This document shows, in pieces, positions 12,511 to 25,700 of a stretch of DNA of 64,000 bases. Origin of the DNA: the human T2T-CHM13v2.0 reference genome, Homo sapiens; assembly GCF_009914755.1 (NCBI RefSeq), contig NC_060930.1. One strand, 5' to 3'. The translations under genes were made by a program, and so were the position numbers. The stretch's first letter is position 1. Each line of letters begins with the position of its first letter. The notes below the pieces were generated by a model, which did no database searches, was not told the DNA's origin, and worked only from the letters and a program-made list of their open reading frames with translations.

Positions 12511-15500
12511 TCATTTCCCTCCTCCTGGCTTTGAATTATAATTACTTGCATGGGTTTTCTTTGTATGCTTCTTGAAAGAACTGGAATTACATGTTATTGA
12601 TTTCTATATAGCTAATGCCATCAATAAATATCAGTAGTAGCAGATTAATCTGGGAGCTATAGAAAATAATTCTTGCATGAAAAAGTTATCTTTAAACTGA
12701 TGAGGTTCAATTAATGAGAACATTATAGATTACCAAGCTGTCAGCAAGTTGCTGAGGAGAAAGAGATTAAAACCACCCACCCACTGTAACCAGTGCTTTG
12801 TCATAGCAGCCAGGTGTGGTAGCTATTTTAACCCATTTTTCAGATGAGACTCTTAGAAGTCAGGGATGTTAACACACTTTCCCCCATCACATTGCAATAA
12901 GGAGTAGCTGCAGCTGAAAGCCCAACTCCACATGATCTGACTCTCAAACACGTTCTCTGTCTGCAGAATTCATGGTCTTCAGGCTGGCCTGAATCCCAGG
13001 AAACAAAGACCCAGGAGAGGTTTGTGGTGGGAAAGAGCCTTTGCACTGAGGGCTTACACTGAGTGTTCGGTGGATAGTATCTTTATTCCCACGGGCCAAT
13101 TATTTCTTTATAGAGGTTTATTATTCTCAGTGGAACTGGGGGAGATACTAACCTATGGTAGCAAATCCATACCTCCTCCAATTATGGGGCAAGCAATGGC
13201 ATGGATTGTAGATGCCTGAACTGATGGAAACAGCAGAAAGATCTGGGGTAGAGGACTCTGCCCCTGGAAGCTGCCCATACATATAACACATGTGATCCTT
13301 CCAAATTCAGCCCTTGTGGTTAATCAGGCTGTACTTCTTGCCCTAACTTTGAATTGGATTGTTTTCCTTCTTGCCTGATAGAATCTCAGGTTTAACCAAA
13401 TATTCTCTGAGATTAAAGACTTTCTGAGGAGGGAACAAGTAGGGTAGATTTACTTGGGCTGAAATTTGGGAATGACAAAAAGAAGTGGCCTAAATGTGGG
13501 TGGAGGGAGAAAGAAAACTAGTGCATGACTCCACTCCACATTATGCTTTTGGCCATTTAAGATTAGGTCACAGTAGATAAATTAAGTGATTCTGTCTAAA
13601 TTTCTAATTGTACTGTTATAGTTTAGAAACATCAATTAAAGTTGGGATGAGTTAAGCTTCATTCTTCAGCTCACATGTAGACATTCAGAGAGTGAAATGG
13701 GCCTGTCAAATTCTCAGGTTCCCTAAATGTGCCTCAGAGGAAACCTCTGTCACTACAGGAATTTATATTTAAGATTTCTTCCATCTCTCAGGGCCGAGGC
13801 CAAACCTCTATCACAAGCCTATCCTTTAAAAAAATCAAAATATAAAATAAATGGTTTTTAGCTTTGGCCTTTGACGTATGTGCTGAAGAAAATCACATTG
13901 ACTTTCATTCTGAAAAATAACACTTGGAAACTGGACCAAAAAAATTACTTCCATGCTCCAAATATAACTGCAAAGGATTTCTTTTATAAATTCTTGTCTA
14001 GATTATATAGCCTTATATAAATGTATTTCTTGGATTTGTATGTGTTTCTGACTTATTTGAGAAACTATTTTAGGCAGCAGATTTAATAATTAATAGAAAT
14101 TAAAAAGGTAAAGTGGGGTGAACAGAGTTAAGAGGAAAGAAAACCTGAAGGAGTTGTAATACAGCAAACTTAAGGATCAGCGCCCAGCCTAGGACCACAT
14201 GGTGCTCTATTCTGCTTGCTGGCTAAGGGTGGAGCCTTAACCTGGAAACTAGTGCTGCAAGTTTTGGATCTAACATTTGATTATCCAAATTGGGGTATGT
14301 GATCATTTCTGTTGTCCAGACAGAAGACCTTCTAGCCAGAGCCGAGCTGTAGGGTGGGTACCTGCAAATCAAGACAGGGTTTTTATCTGAAAGCAGCTGC
14401 AAGTCCACCTCAGCCCTTGAGCCAAGTACTTAATGGAAATCCCCAAATGCCAAACTCAATTCAGCATGGCCAAAATGACTTTTTTTTCTGAAAAAGATTT
14501 CAGAGCATTCTTTATCATGGCCATAAAAACCTTAGTAATGCTTCTAGTTGTGCACTGTGTGACCTCTTCCCTCTAGGTAACTGAATGAACTGGCCACCTG
14601 TATGTGGTTATTTGATATTGAAACTTTAAATGTTGGAGAATGTCACTGGAAGATTCATATGGGGTTTGTTCCAGTTAACATTAAATCAAACAATAGCTAA
14701 GAGATTGCCCTCATTATGCTCTGAAAGCCAGTTTTGTTTTGTTAGAAAATAATGCCCTAGTGGCATATAAGTCATATGTTTGATAGAAAATGTACCCAAC
14801 TTTTCATTATACCTTGGCTGTAAATCGATAATTCATTTTAAAATGAGATCAAAGCCACAAAAGATTAAAAGCAGCAAATAATATTGCATATTTTTTTGAC
14901 AGATGTTCTCATAGGTAGAATAGAGTGTATGAATGATGATCTGAAGTTATGGAAAAATAACTATCAAAATAATTGATCTGTAATTTAGAGAGTGATATCT
15001 TGAGAATTCACTCTTTTGAGAATCTCTCTTTAGAATTCATTCAGTAGGGATGTTGATTAAAAGGAGTTAAACTGAGCATGATGAAAATCTTGGTTTCCAA
15101 GCTGGAGCAGGTTTCAGAGTTTTGGTGATAAGCCGTCTTTCCCTGAAGCTCTGTTTGAGGTTGAAGAGTTGGGGTTTTAGGGCCTAATTTCAGTAAAGCT
15201 TGGGGAACCACTTGCTCTGTGGTTAAAAAGTATAGGAACCATGTCTTCTGATTACTGATTGATTACCACAGCTCTGTAACTAGGATCCTAAGTCACCAGG
15301 CCCCAAAATCACCCTCCACTCTTTTTACTTGGTACCTCTGTAGTTTATTTGACTCAAGTTTCTTAAAGCAGTAAAATAATTGTTATATTTAACCTGGTTT
15401 TTGTTGGTGGCAGTGTTGTTGTTAACTACTAATTTTTGTCATCATTATAAAGCTGATATTCCATGAAGGGAGCAAATGTGTTACCTGAAGAATTTAGGCT

Positions 15501-15765
15501 AATTTTGATTATTCATCTTGATGTCACTGAACTATGATGTCCATTCTAGAGGAAAGTATTTAAGTCTTCTCCTAAACTCCTAGTTTTTGCCTTTCATTTT
15601 AACATGGATTTTCCAAGATTGCGACTTAAAATACCTCAAGTTTAATACTCAGTAGGGTTTTCCCCTTTGTTTATGTTTTCACAATAAAGAAAATATTAAA
15701 ATGCTATTCAAGTTTTTATGACCATCAGATTAACATCTTGCTTACTACTGCAATAAAGTAAATAA

Positions 15766-16056
<291 letters not shown>

Positions 16057-17139
16057 ATTTTCCCACTTTTTAAAAATTTATAATGCTACAGGGATATATA
16101 CCTGATCTTGTAGTAATAAACATCATGCTTCTGTGCCCAACAGGAGTCACACACATTATGGTGGCAAGATATTTGCTTGAAATCAGTGCCAGAGAATTCT
16201 ATTTTTGGACTACTCTTAAGAAAAATGTATTAAATTTTATTTGCTTTTTAAGGAGAACATTCAAACGTGAATTTTTACTTTTGCAGCAGTTGCAAGATGA
16301 GTTATGAGGAATAAAAAGTGAGGCATTTCCTGTTTCCTGGAGAAAATGTGACAAAGGAAGATAAATATTTTGTATCAAAAAACTGTGCAGATCTGGAAAA
16401 TAAGGGAAACATTTTAATTTCAAAATAGTTCTCTACCATGATCTTTTCAATAGTCTCTCATCAGTGCCGTTCCCTAAGTGTTTTTGTTTTAACATCATGA
16501 TGCCAGTTTAACTTTTATGTGAAATGAGACTCTGGATATAAAAGTTAATGAGTGTAGCGTGAATAGCTGGATTTAATGTTGTGTTTAGTAGGAAATGTGG
16601 CACATCACTAAATCTCTACATATCATTCCTCCTTTTGTCCATTGATTTATTGCAGCTTTCTCAGAGTTATAACTTCCCTATACCTTTTCTTCCTAGGCTT
16701 GCAAAGGAATACTTTATGCTGTCCAACAATTGTCTTAGAAAGAATTAGGTATCTCTTTTTCTTAGTGAGATTTACACCATCTCAGACTTTTAAAAATGGA
16801 AATGCACAAAAATTACTTTTTGTAAACTACAAATGTGATAATACTGTTTGGTTAGATATTGAGGGTAAAAGTCAATTAAAAATTACTGAGTTTTCTCGTT
16901 GAGCTGAAAATCTAGTAGTAAGTATTTAGTTTTTATAATCTAGTTCATTAAACAGGGAAGGTAGGTCTAGGATATTTTATATCAAAAAGCAGTGATTAGC
17001 TCTAAATTCAATGGGATCATTTCAGAGCTCAGAAAATCCAGTTGAAAGGGCTTCACTGAGACATTCTGAGCACCAAAAAGCATAATGACTAGTAATTTAA
17101 GATACACTGAAGTATTAGAGAACCATGCATTCATAGTAA

Positions 17140-18150
17140 TACTCAGAAAACATCGAAATGCCAGTACAGAGGATTGTAAGAGAGGAAATGTTCTCTTTTC
17201 AGAGGAATGGCACCTAATAAATATAAGAACAATGAAAGAAGTAGAAAGTTATAATTTTGCAGTTCTGATCATATCCATTAATTCAGGCAAGGATTACCAA
17301 TAGTTGCTTAAAAATCTACGTGGACTAAAAGTATCACCTCATAGAGTTACTATTAATTACCAAGGGAATTAATACTTTACAATTAGTACTTTACAATTAG
17401 TACTTTACAATGGAGCACAGCTGGAAAGTCCCCATGCTAATCAAGGGATCAAGGTCAGTCTTACCAGTAGTGGAACAACCTGACATATGTGCCAATCACT
17501 GTGATTCAGTCAGTAGTTCACAGCATCCCGTATGTGGTATTCATGCTAAAAATGTTTCACTGAATCTAATCATGAGGAAACCATCAGACAAATATAGCAT
17601 GTGAGGCAGTCTGTGAAACAATCGGCCTGGATTTATCAAGAAAGTCAGTATTATGAAAAAGAAAGGTGGGGATGGGAGTGGGGAGGGAGGATGTGCTAGG
17701 TGAAAGAGCCTGAAGAGACATTACCCTATATAATGAGTGCATTCTCTATTAAGATCCCGAAAGGGGAGGGGATGTTTTAAGGCACTTGAGGGACAGTTGG
17801 GGGAATTTGAATATGGACTATAGTGTGTATGTTAGATATTATGCAATTGCTGTTAATTATCTTAGATGTTGATAATAATGTATGGTTATATAGGAAAATA
17901 TGATTCTTAGGATATTCATGCAGAAGTATTTAAGGGAGAAATGTCAAGATGTCAACAACCTTTAAATGGTTCAGAATTTTTTTTTTCTGTGTTTGTGTTA
18001 GAGATAAGAATGAAGGAAATAAAGTAATTTTGTGTGACAAAATGTTAACAATTGCTGAATCTAAGTGAAGAGTATATTTGTATTTATTAGACTATCCTTG
18101 TCCTTTTAATTTTGCTAAATTTGAATATGTTCAAAATAAATAGTTGGAGA
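17140..18150 (+). mobile_element. Old L1 3' end (L1MC-like)
   Basis: Typical L1MC 3'UTR phrases (gggaatttgaatatggacta, atgcagaagtatttaaggg, aaatgttaacaattgctgaatctaagtgaag, caaaataaa). Confidence 0.65.
17373..17411. repeat. 14-bp tandem repeat (tactttacaattag) x2.8
   Basis: Read directly from the sequence. Confidence 0.9.
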
Positions 18151-18205
18151 AAAAGGGTGGGTGTATGTATTTGAAAAGTGTATTGTTGAAGGAGGTGGAC
18201 ATCAT

Positions 18206-18520
18206 AGCTGGGTGCAGTGGCTCATGCCTCATGCCTGTAATCCCAGCACTTTAGGGGGCCAAGGCAGGAGGATTGCTTGAGCTCAGGAATTGGAGACCAG
18301 CCTGGGCAACAAGGCAAAACCCCGTCTCTACAAAAAATACAAAGGTTAACCAGGCATGGTGGTACGTATCTGTAGTCCCAGCTACTCAGGAGGCTGAAGT
18401 GGGAAGATGGCTTAAGCCCAGGAGGCAGAGGTTGGACAATGAGCCAAGATTGAGCCACTGCACTTCAGACTAGGTGATAGAGCCAGACCTTGTCTCAAAA
18501 AAAAAAAAAAAAAAAAAAAA
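18206..18520 (+). mobile_element. AluJ-like element with long A tail
   Basis: Sense Alu; TSD aggtggacatca; internal 7-bp duplication ctcatgc-ctcatgc. Confidence 0.92.
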
Positions 18521-20749
18521 GGTGGACATCAGTACATGAATCACTAGGGTCCATGAGGAAGTTTTTGTCTGTGTAACAAGAAATAGAAAAAATACAGACA
18601 CCAGATTTTTCATGAAAAATAAATGTCTCTAAAGGACTATTGTTTATAATAAATAAGTCTTTACTATTTTATCTTTGTGCCTAAATGCCCTTTTTGGTAA
18701 CAATGGTTGGTACTAGTAATATTTTCTTTTTGAACAAGTCTATAGAACCTGAATGTGGGGAGCGCATTGGATTAAAGCACTGATTCAGTTCATTCATTCA
18801 AACACACACTTCTTGAAGGCCCATTATATGCCAAGCCCTCTATGGGCTCTGGGGATCTAGAAGTGAACAAGACAGAATCCTGGCTTATGTTTTTCACCCA
18901 AGAGATGTTCATTTTGTCTTCCCCAGGGATGACCAAGGGGAGCAGGATGGGGAGGGGCACCTAAAGGAAATCCTTTGAGCCACTCTAGGCATTCCCCTAT
19001 GTCACCCAAATTATCCCATTTATCTATCATGTGTTTTTGACACATTGCTTAAGATGTTTCAAAAAGTGTTCTGCTGTCTATTACATGAAAACCATTTTCA
19101 TTTCATTAAAATGAAAAAAATTACTTTTCATGTTAAAGGATGCTATAGTAAATTTCTTGGCCATTAGATAAAAAGAATTCTCTCTGCCTACACACCTCCT
19201 GTTTCTATTCTAAACTCATTTTTAAAAGTAAATATACTTGACAAGGTGACTCTGTAGTTGAAATTCTTGTAGGTTTTCTGCTTTTCTTCCCCTGGAGACT
19301 GAGGGAGGACTGATGAGACAGTGGCCAAAAGACGCCTCTGCCAGTTTTTTGCCAGCAATAAGAAAACGGAGGGTTTACCTCTAAGCAAAAAAAAAAAAAA
19401 AAAAAAAAAAATCCTTTTTTGCTTATTTCTTTTTTGCTTAGTGGTAAAACCCTTCATTTCCTTATTTTTTTAACTAACTGGCTTTTTTCCCCTTCACCCA
19501 GTCTGTCCAGTTCTGACCATCTAGTCCATCTCAGTTCTGTATTAAAAGGAGGTGCTGAAATGACCGGCAAAACATTTGTGTATTTCTGATAGAGTGAATT
19601 CTATTAAGGTTAATATTAATTTTTTTAAAAAATCCCTTACATGTGAGGTTCATGATAAAGAACATGAAGAGGATGTGGCACTGGGATTTTTATTTAATTT
19701 GAGTTCTTGGGCTCTGGAAAACAATAGTTCCTGAACATCAGGAAGCCAGACACTTTTTAACACTTCCACAGAGCAGCACTAACACTTATCAAACACTTAC
19801 ACAAACAGAACAACTCCGAGTTACTTCAAGAAACTTTAAAGTTTCTTTCCATGTGTTGTAGTTGATCACTTTCCATCCCCAAGCTATTATGATCTGGTTG
19901 GTGTCTTTGTCATTGTTATCCATCAGGAGGTAGCAAAGGTGGTGGAAGTATATGGTCATTCAGACAGGCTCCTATTAGAGTGTCTGCAGAATAGTAAGTC
20001 CAGATAATCGGTCAATACCATGACCAGAGTGATTTCTTTAAGTATTCCTAAATAAACTTTTTGGGACATTCCTAAGAAATTACAAAAATTACTCACAAAT
20101 GCCAAATACCTGTGTTCCTAACACCCTGAAGAGCCACCTGTTAACATGTTAGAATCTTTGTTTTGCCAATATACACTGGAACACACACACTAGGAGTGCA
20201 AGAGCTTCTCTCTCTTATTCACTGCTAGACCCACGCCTTTCTCCAAGAATGCCTGATGCACAGTATGTGCTTGGTAGCATTTGTTGAATCTTAATACAGG
20301 GCATCACAGATAATGTAATAGCATCATTTGACCACTACTAACAATCTCAAGCTTCTCCCCGTTTCTCCTGAGGCACTCTCATGAGTTCAGTTGGACACTT
20401 CCTGTTTGTTTTTTGTGTTCAAACATACGTGTATTCATGAACAGTGTATAATATTATTTTGCATGTTTTAGAGTTTACATAAATGGCATCGTACCACGTG
20501 TATCTTTTTTGAAACTTGCCTTTTTCACTCAGTATTATATTTTGAGACATGTTCATGTTGCTACAGGTAGTTTTTATTTTTCCTTTTAATTGATGTTCCT
20601 TTAATTTTAGTTATTCCTCTACTGCTTGGCTTTTTGATTGTTCTCACTTTTTTTGCTGTTATAAATCTATTTCTTATTAATGGCCCCCCTCCTTAATACT
20701 CTCTCTTTGGGAATAGAAGAATTTTAAAAATGATATTAACCTCATAATC

Positions 20750-20970
20750 ACAGCCAATTATTGAAGCACTGAGAGGTCACTGATTGGCACTGTTTGCCAG
20801 ACACTGTGCTAAGCACTTGGCATTTATTATCTTATTTAATCCTCACAATTTATTTTACAAACTAGAAAACTGGAAGCTGACTTTGCAAAAACATTGGTTA
20901 AAGTCCCATAACCCAGTAAGTAGCAGGTTCAGGATTCATGCCCAGTTCTTGGATGCCAAAGCCATGAGCA
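20750..20970 (-). mobile_element. MIR fragment
   Basis: tgccagacactgtgctaagcact...tttaatcctcacaa...ggttcaggattcatgcccag. Confidence 0.55.
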
Positions 20971-22775
20971 TGAGACATACTCCTTCCCTTGCCCTTGTCC
21001 TAATGGGGGGATGTTGAAGTCATTGTAGCCCAAATGAGTTCCAAAGAGTGGACAAGAGTAGCAGAATGAACTATTAATCTTCCTTCTATCAAAAAGTTGA
21101 AATGTCTGTTGCCACGCTTTCCTTCTTCGTGGGAACATTTTTTGCTTGCCTGTCATTTTAGGAGTTGAACCAATTGAAAGGTTCCTCACCATCACTTATA
21201 ATGATCTTTAGGTGGATAATTGGGACAGACTACTTTTCTTGATGAATTAATCTTTCACAAAGAGAAGGAAAGTAAAAACTCATCTATGGGACTTAACCAT
21301 CAGCTGTAACTCTTTTATGTATGTATTCATAGTCATACCTTTAAGAAAGCTTCTGAGGGCTATGTGTTAGGACAGGGCAGGAGTCTTTGTTTTGGGCAAT
21401 TCGGGAAAATATATTTGAAAATATATTTTTACTTTTTCTCCTTTGATCCAGCAAGGATGTTTTCCTGCTAATTTAATGGGTCATAGAATGAGTTATATTT
21501 GAAGTAAATTGCCTGATCAAGTATGAAATCAGAAATGTGAAGAATGAGAAATTTTCAGGACTTTGCCAGTGGAAGCCTTTCTGATAAGCACATAATACTG
21601 GTGCCAATGATGGTGATGGTTATAGGGAATGCTTTTTACTTATGTGCTGCCTTTACTTTAAAGAGACACAAATCATTTACATTCACAAATTGAGGAGCCC
21701 TGTATTTCCATCCCATTTTATATTGAAAATAATTGACATGAAAAATAAAGAACTTGGAAAAAAGAAAGCCCCAGCCCCAGGTGGAAGGAGTAGGTGGCCT
21801 TCCTCAGGAGGTTTGGAAAGGATCCCTCAACCCCTGACACTTCGCTTTCACAAAGACTTGCATTCTACAACTGGACTTCTTTTTTGTTTTTAAAAATTCT
21901 TTTATAAATGAATTTTTAAATTCATCATTATTATTTCAGAATAATTATTATTCATTCAGACTAAGAAGAGGATGCCCTAACAAAATTTAATGATGACCAA
22001 TGGAATTTTAAGAATTATTTAGAGATTTTTTTTTAAATCTAAGGTGAATGGAGAAGGAAAGAAAATAAAGAAAAAAATTATTTAGAGATGTAATGTAAAA
22101 TGTAAGGTGACCTAAATTCCCACTAAGGTATAAGGTATCATCAATATTGAATTACACTGTGGGTAGGTAACTTGTGCTGAATCCTGTCATCAGATCTTTT
22201 CCTGAAAAGTTTTAATGACTGAAGAGGCAAAAGAATTCAAAGCTGCTGCTCCTAAAATGCAGTGGGAGCACAGAGTGATGTAAATGGCCCCAGAAGAGAC
22301 GCCTGTACATGCCTGCAGATACACTGTCCCCACTTAGTTGTTGAGACTGGTCCTGTGGTCCAGGAGCCAGGACTTGCATGGGGTTCTTTAACAACCATCC
22401 GCTGCTCTGTCCATTATATGCTTTGGAGCTGATAAAGCCACCATCCCCCAAATGAGGTTAATGCCTTGTGGGGTTGGTAAATATCACTTTGTACACACCT
22501 AGCAAGAGACATAATATCTGTAGGTTAGGAGTTTCTGAAATTTTTCAAGCTGTAATTGTGCTTCTGCTTATAAAAAGCTAGATTGGATGTCTTAAGCCAT
22601 TAATATGTTGGCCTCATTCCTGCCTTATTCCTTTGCTATGAAGGCTTTTTATGTGTTTTAGCTTTTCTGTTTCTTTGTTTGTGAATGGTATCCCTCTCCC
22701 TCCCCTTTCCTAGTAATGCTGTTGCTTTATCTCTCTTCCATTCATATTTTTTTTCTTTCTTTTTGCTGCATGGAG

Positions 22776-22793
22776 ACTCTCTGCTGTACAAGT
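22776..22793 (+). CDS. CARMIL1: Candidate alternative 18-nt microexon of CARMIL1 (TLCCTS)
   Basis: 60-nt AG-free pyrimidine tract, then tgctgcatggag|ACTCTCTGCTGTACAAGT|gtaagt; phase 0/0, matching the intron it lies in. Confidence 0.7.
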
Positions 22794-25700
22794 GTAAGTA
22801 TTTTTTGGTGGCTCTGCGGTTTCTGGCTGTACTACTTTATATTCTTGTGCTCCATTTGCTTCTGTGCTGCCTGGCTGGTCTCCCAGGAGACTGTAGTGTT
22901 GTCATCCATCTGCAGATCCTGAATGAAATAGGCAACAATTTAGAGACAAGATTGGATTTTGCAAGATGGTTCAGCTAGCAAAACAGGCGATGAATTTAAA
23001 ATATCTCCAGCCATGTGCCTGAAAGCAAGCAGAGTGTTGATGAAGAGGATACAAACATTCAAGAGGAGACAAGTGCTTATTCCACTCATGTAATAATAAC
23101 AATAATAAAGACATGATTACTTTTAAGATTTTTTTCCTGATTCTTGTCATATTACTTGTTTCGGGCCCAGGGTTGTAGAAAATCGACATTATGATTTGCT
23201 TCTTATATTAGGAGAACTTTCCTAATCTTCTTCTCAGCTGGTATTGTTATTTTTTTTTTCTTTCTACAGCCTTGGTGGTGGGGGGAAGTAATTATGGATT
23301 CTTGAACTTGGAGTGAGAGTGTTATTTATTATTCTTTGAGCAAATGTGGCAAAAACAAAGCACCTCTTTCTATTTTTATGGTGACTTAAGCAACTTGACT
23401 CTCATTTTTTAAAAAAAAAAAGTATGTCTAGGAATTACATGTTAAAAGTGGGTTTGACAGGAAAAAAATGTTACGTTCTTTGGAAGGTTCCAAGATTAGT
23501 CTTTAACTTGTAGTAAAAGTAGACATATCTCAATTGAGCTATGTGCAGAATAGTTTAAAATTCATTATAAAAATTTGATCAAATGAGTACAATTTCAGAG
23601 TAATGTAGGCATTGATGCTTTTGGATTCTCAGAAAATAGAGTTGTGGCCTTTTTGTTCACAGTGTCTGCCACAATGGGGACTTATTGATGATTTGTGATG
23701 TTAGGACAAGAAAGAAGTCTGTGTTTAAGATTTTCCTGCTAAAATTACATTTAAAATAAGGGTTTAACACCTTTTTCCTCATACTTTTTTGGGATATGGG
23801 TTTTGAAAATTATACGTTATTGCTTGCAAGATGCATTTTTTAAGATAAGTTAATTTTGTCTAGGCCTCAAGTTGACAGTGTTAACCATTGATTGATGAGA
23901 GGTCCATTTGCAGTATGTACCTCTTCTTTTTCAAACGCTGACCCCCCTTCATCTGATGGACACTTTGTGATTTCTCTGACTCAGAAAGTACTTAGGCATT
24001 AACAAATGTCAGGGAAAGGTCAATAAGGACTAAGAAACAGTTTGAAAAAATTGACCCTTTCATTTTGGTACAAAAAGAGAAGAGAGCTAACAGTGTTAAA
24101 GAAGATGGTAAAGTCAGATTGTTTTCTTTTTCTGGGATGTATTTCATCAACCCAACAGTTGGGGAGGGGAGGAGGAAGGAGCGCAAATAAACCAAATTTC
24201 TAGACAAACATTAAATATTTGCTCCTAAATATACACTTAGGTGGATAATTATAGTACATTGTTATATTTCCTCTTGCTTTAGGTTTATATGTAATGGCAT
24301 TGTAGGAATAAGCCAATAAGATTAAGGAAGTCCACATTTTCTGTAAAACTAAGGAAGAATTACTTCCAAAGAAAAGTAATAAAAATATGGGAGAAATGAG
24401 ATTGAGTTTTTTTTTCTCTGTTGTTGCACTTAAATCCCATGAAGGAAAGATACAGAAGCTGGGTTGCCTTCTTAATACCAATTGTAGAAACTAGCCTGAT
24501 TACAAATTCTATTTTAGCAAAAGACCATTGGCTCTGTGCCAAAACTTCAGAACTACAAGATATGATAGGTATAGATTTATGGGAAATGTAATTAGAAGTT
24601 ACTTACCCTTGTAAAAAGCACACAAAATAAAGGAAAGCAAGTAAAATACATTAGAGTGAGTTTTTCTGATATTCAAGCTTTCTATACTGGGCTTTGAAGC
24701 ATTGGAAAACAAGACCAAGAGGAGAAAACTAGCTCCCCTTTGAGTGATATCAACCATCAAATTATCCTGATGATTTTGTGTGTTTCTTAATTATGTCTAT
24801 GAAATTAAACTAAGCTGAATGACCTATTCACAGATGGACATGAGTTTGCAAATGTGATTCTTTCTGTACATATTATATATTGTCATTTATTTTATATATA
24901 GTACATATTTTTATATGTTTAAAATTATAATATATTTGAAATATAATTTTTATATATTTTACATTTATTTGGTATCATAAAGACTTTCATGATATGGAAA
25001 CTTAAACCAGACTATTTTTGCCTATGAATACACTTCCTGTAAAATATAATCAAGAGTCAGGGAAAAAAAAAAAAAAGACATCTTCAGTCCATGCATTTTT
25101 AAACATCTTTCCTCTTTATTTGTGACAATCTAAATGAAATTGGCTAAAAATTATATCTGAAGCTACTTCTTGATTATTTTACCTACCATGATTGTGCACA
25201 AGATGGATAGAATACTGAAGAACTTGTTGCGACCAAACACAGCATATATTTTGATAGCTTGTATCTCCTGAGAATTACTTTCAGAGATTTCACTTGTGAA
25301 TAGACCAGGCAGGCCACTAACTTCTTCAGCCAACTGCATGGCTAACTTTGGGGAGAACTGCCTTAAACTGGATTCCTTTCCATTTGCATTGAGTTAGCTG
25401 AGTTTTTATTGAACCTGCAAAGCCTGTTACTTTATAAATAGCTTTTCCTCAGTTTGTCTGCCTTTAACAAAACCTTGAAAAAAGCCAAATCGGCAAGTTT
25501 CATTTTGTATTTTAGGAAAACCAGTCTGGATTTCAATACAATTGCTAATCATTTTTTTATCTCCCTTTTCTCTCAACAATAAATAATAGCAAAATGATAT
25601 TATTAAAACTGGCATAATTGTCAAAACTATAGATTTGTTTGCTTTAAAGATCAGTATCAGCCAGTTTCTCCTTGGAGCTAAAGAATGTTTTTCAATCATG

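Noticed and set aside
24860-24970. AT-rich quasi-palindromic tract
   Set aside because: Low-complexity TA-rich sequence with no defined unit or stable hairpin.
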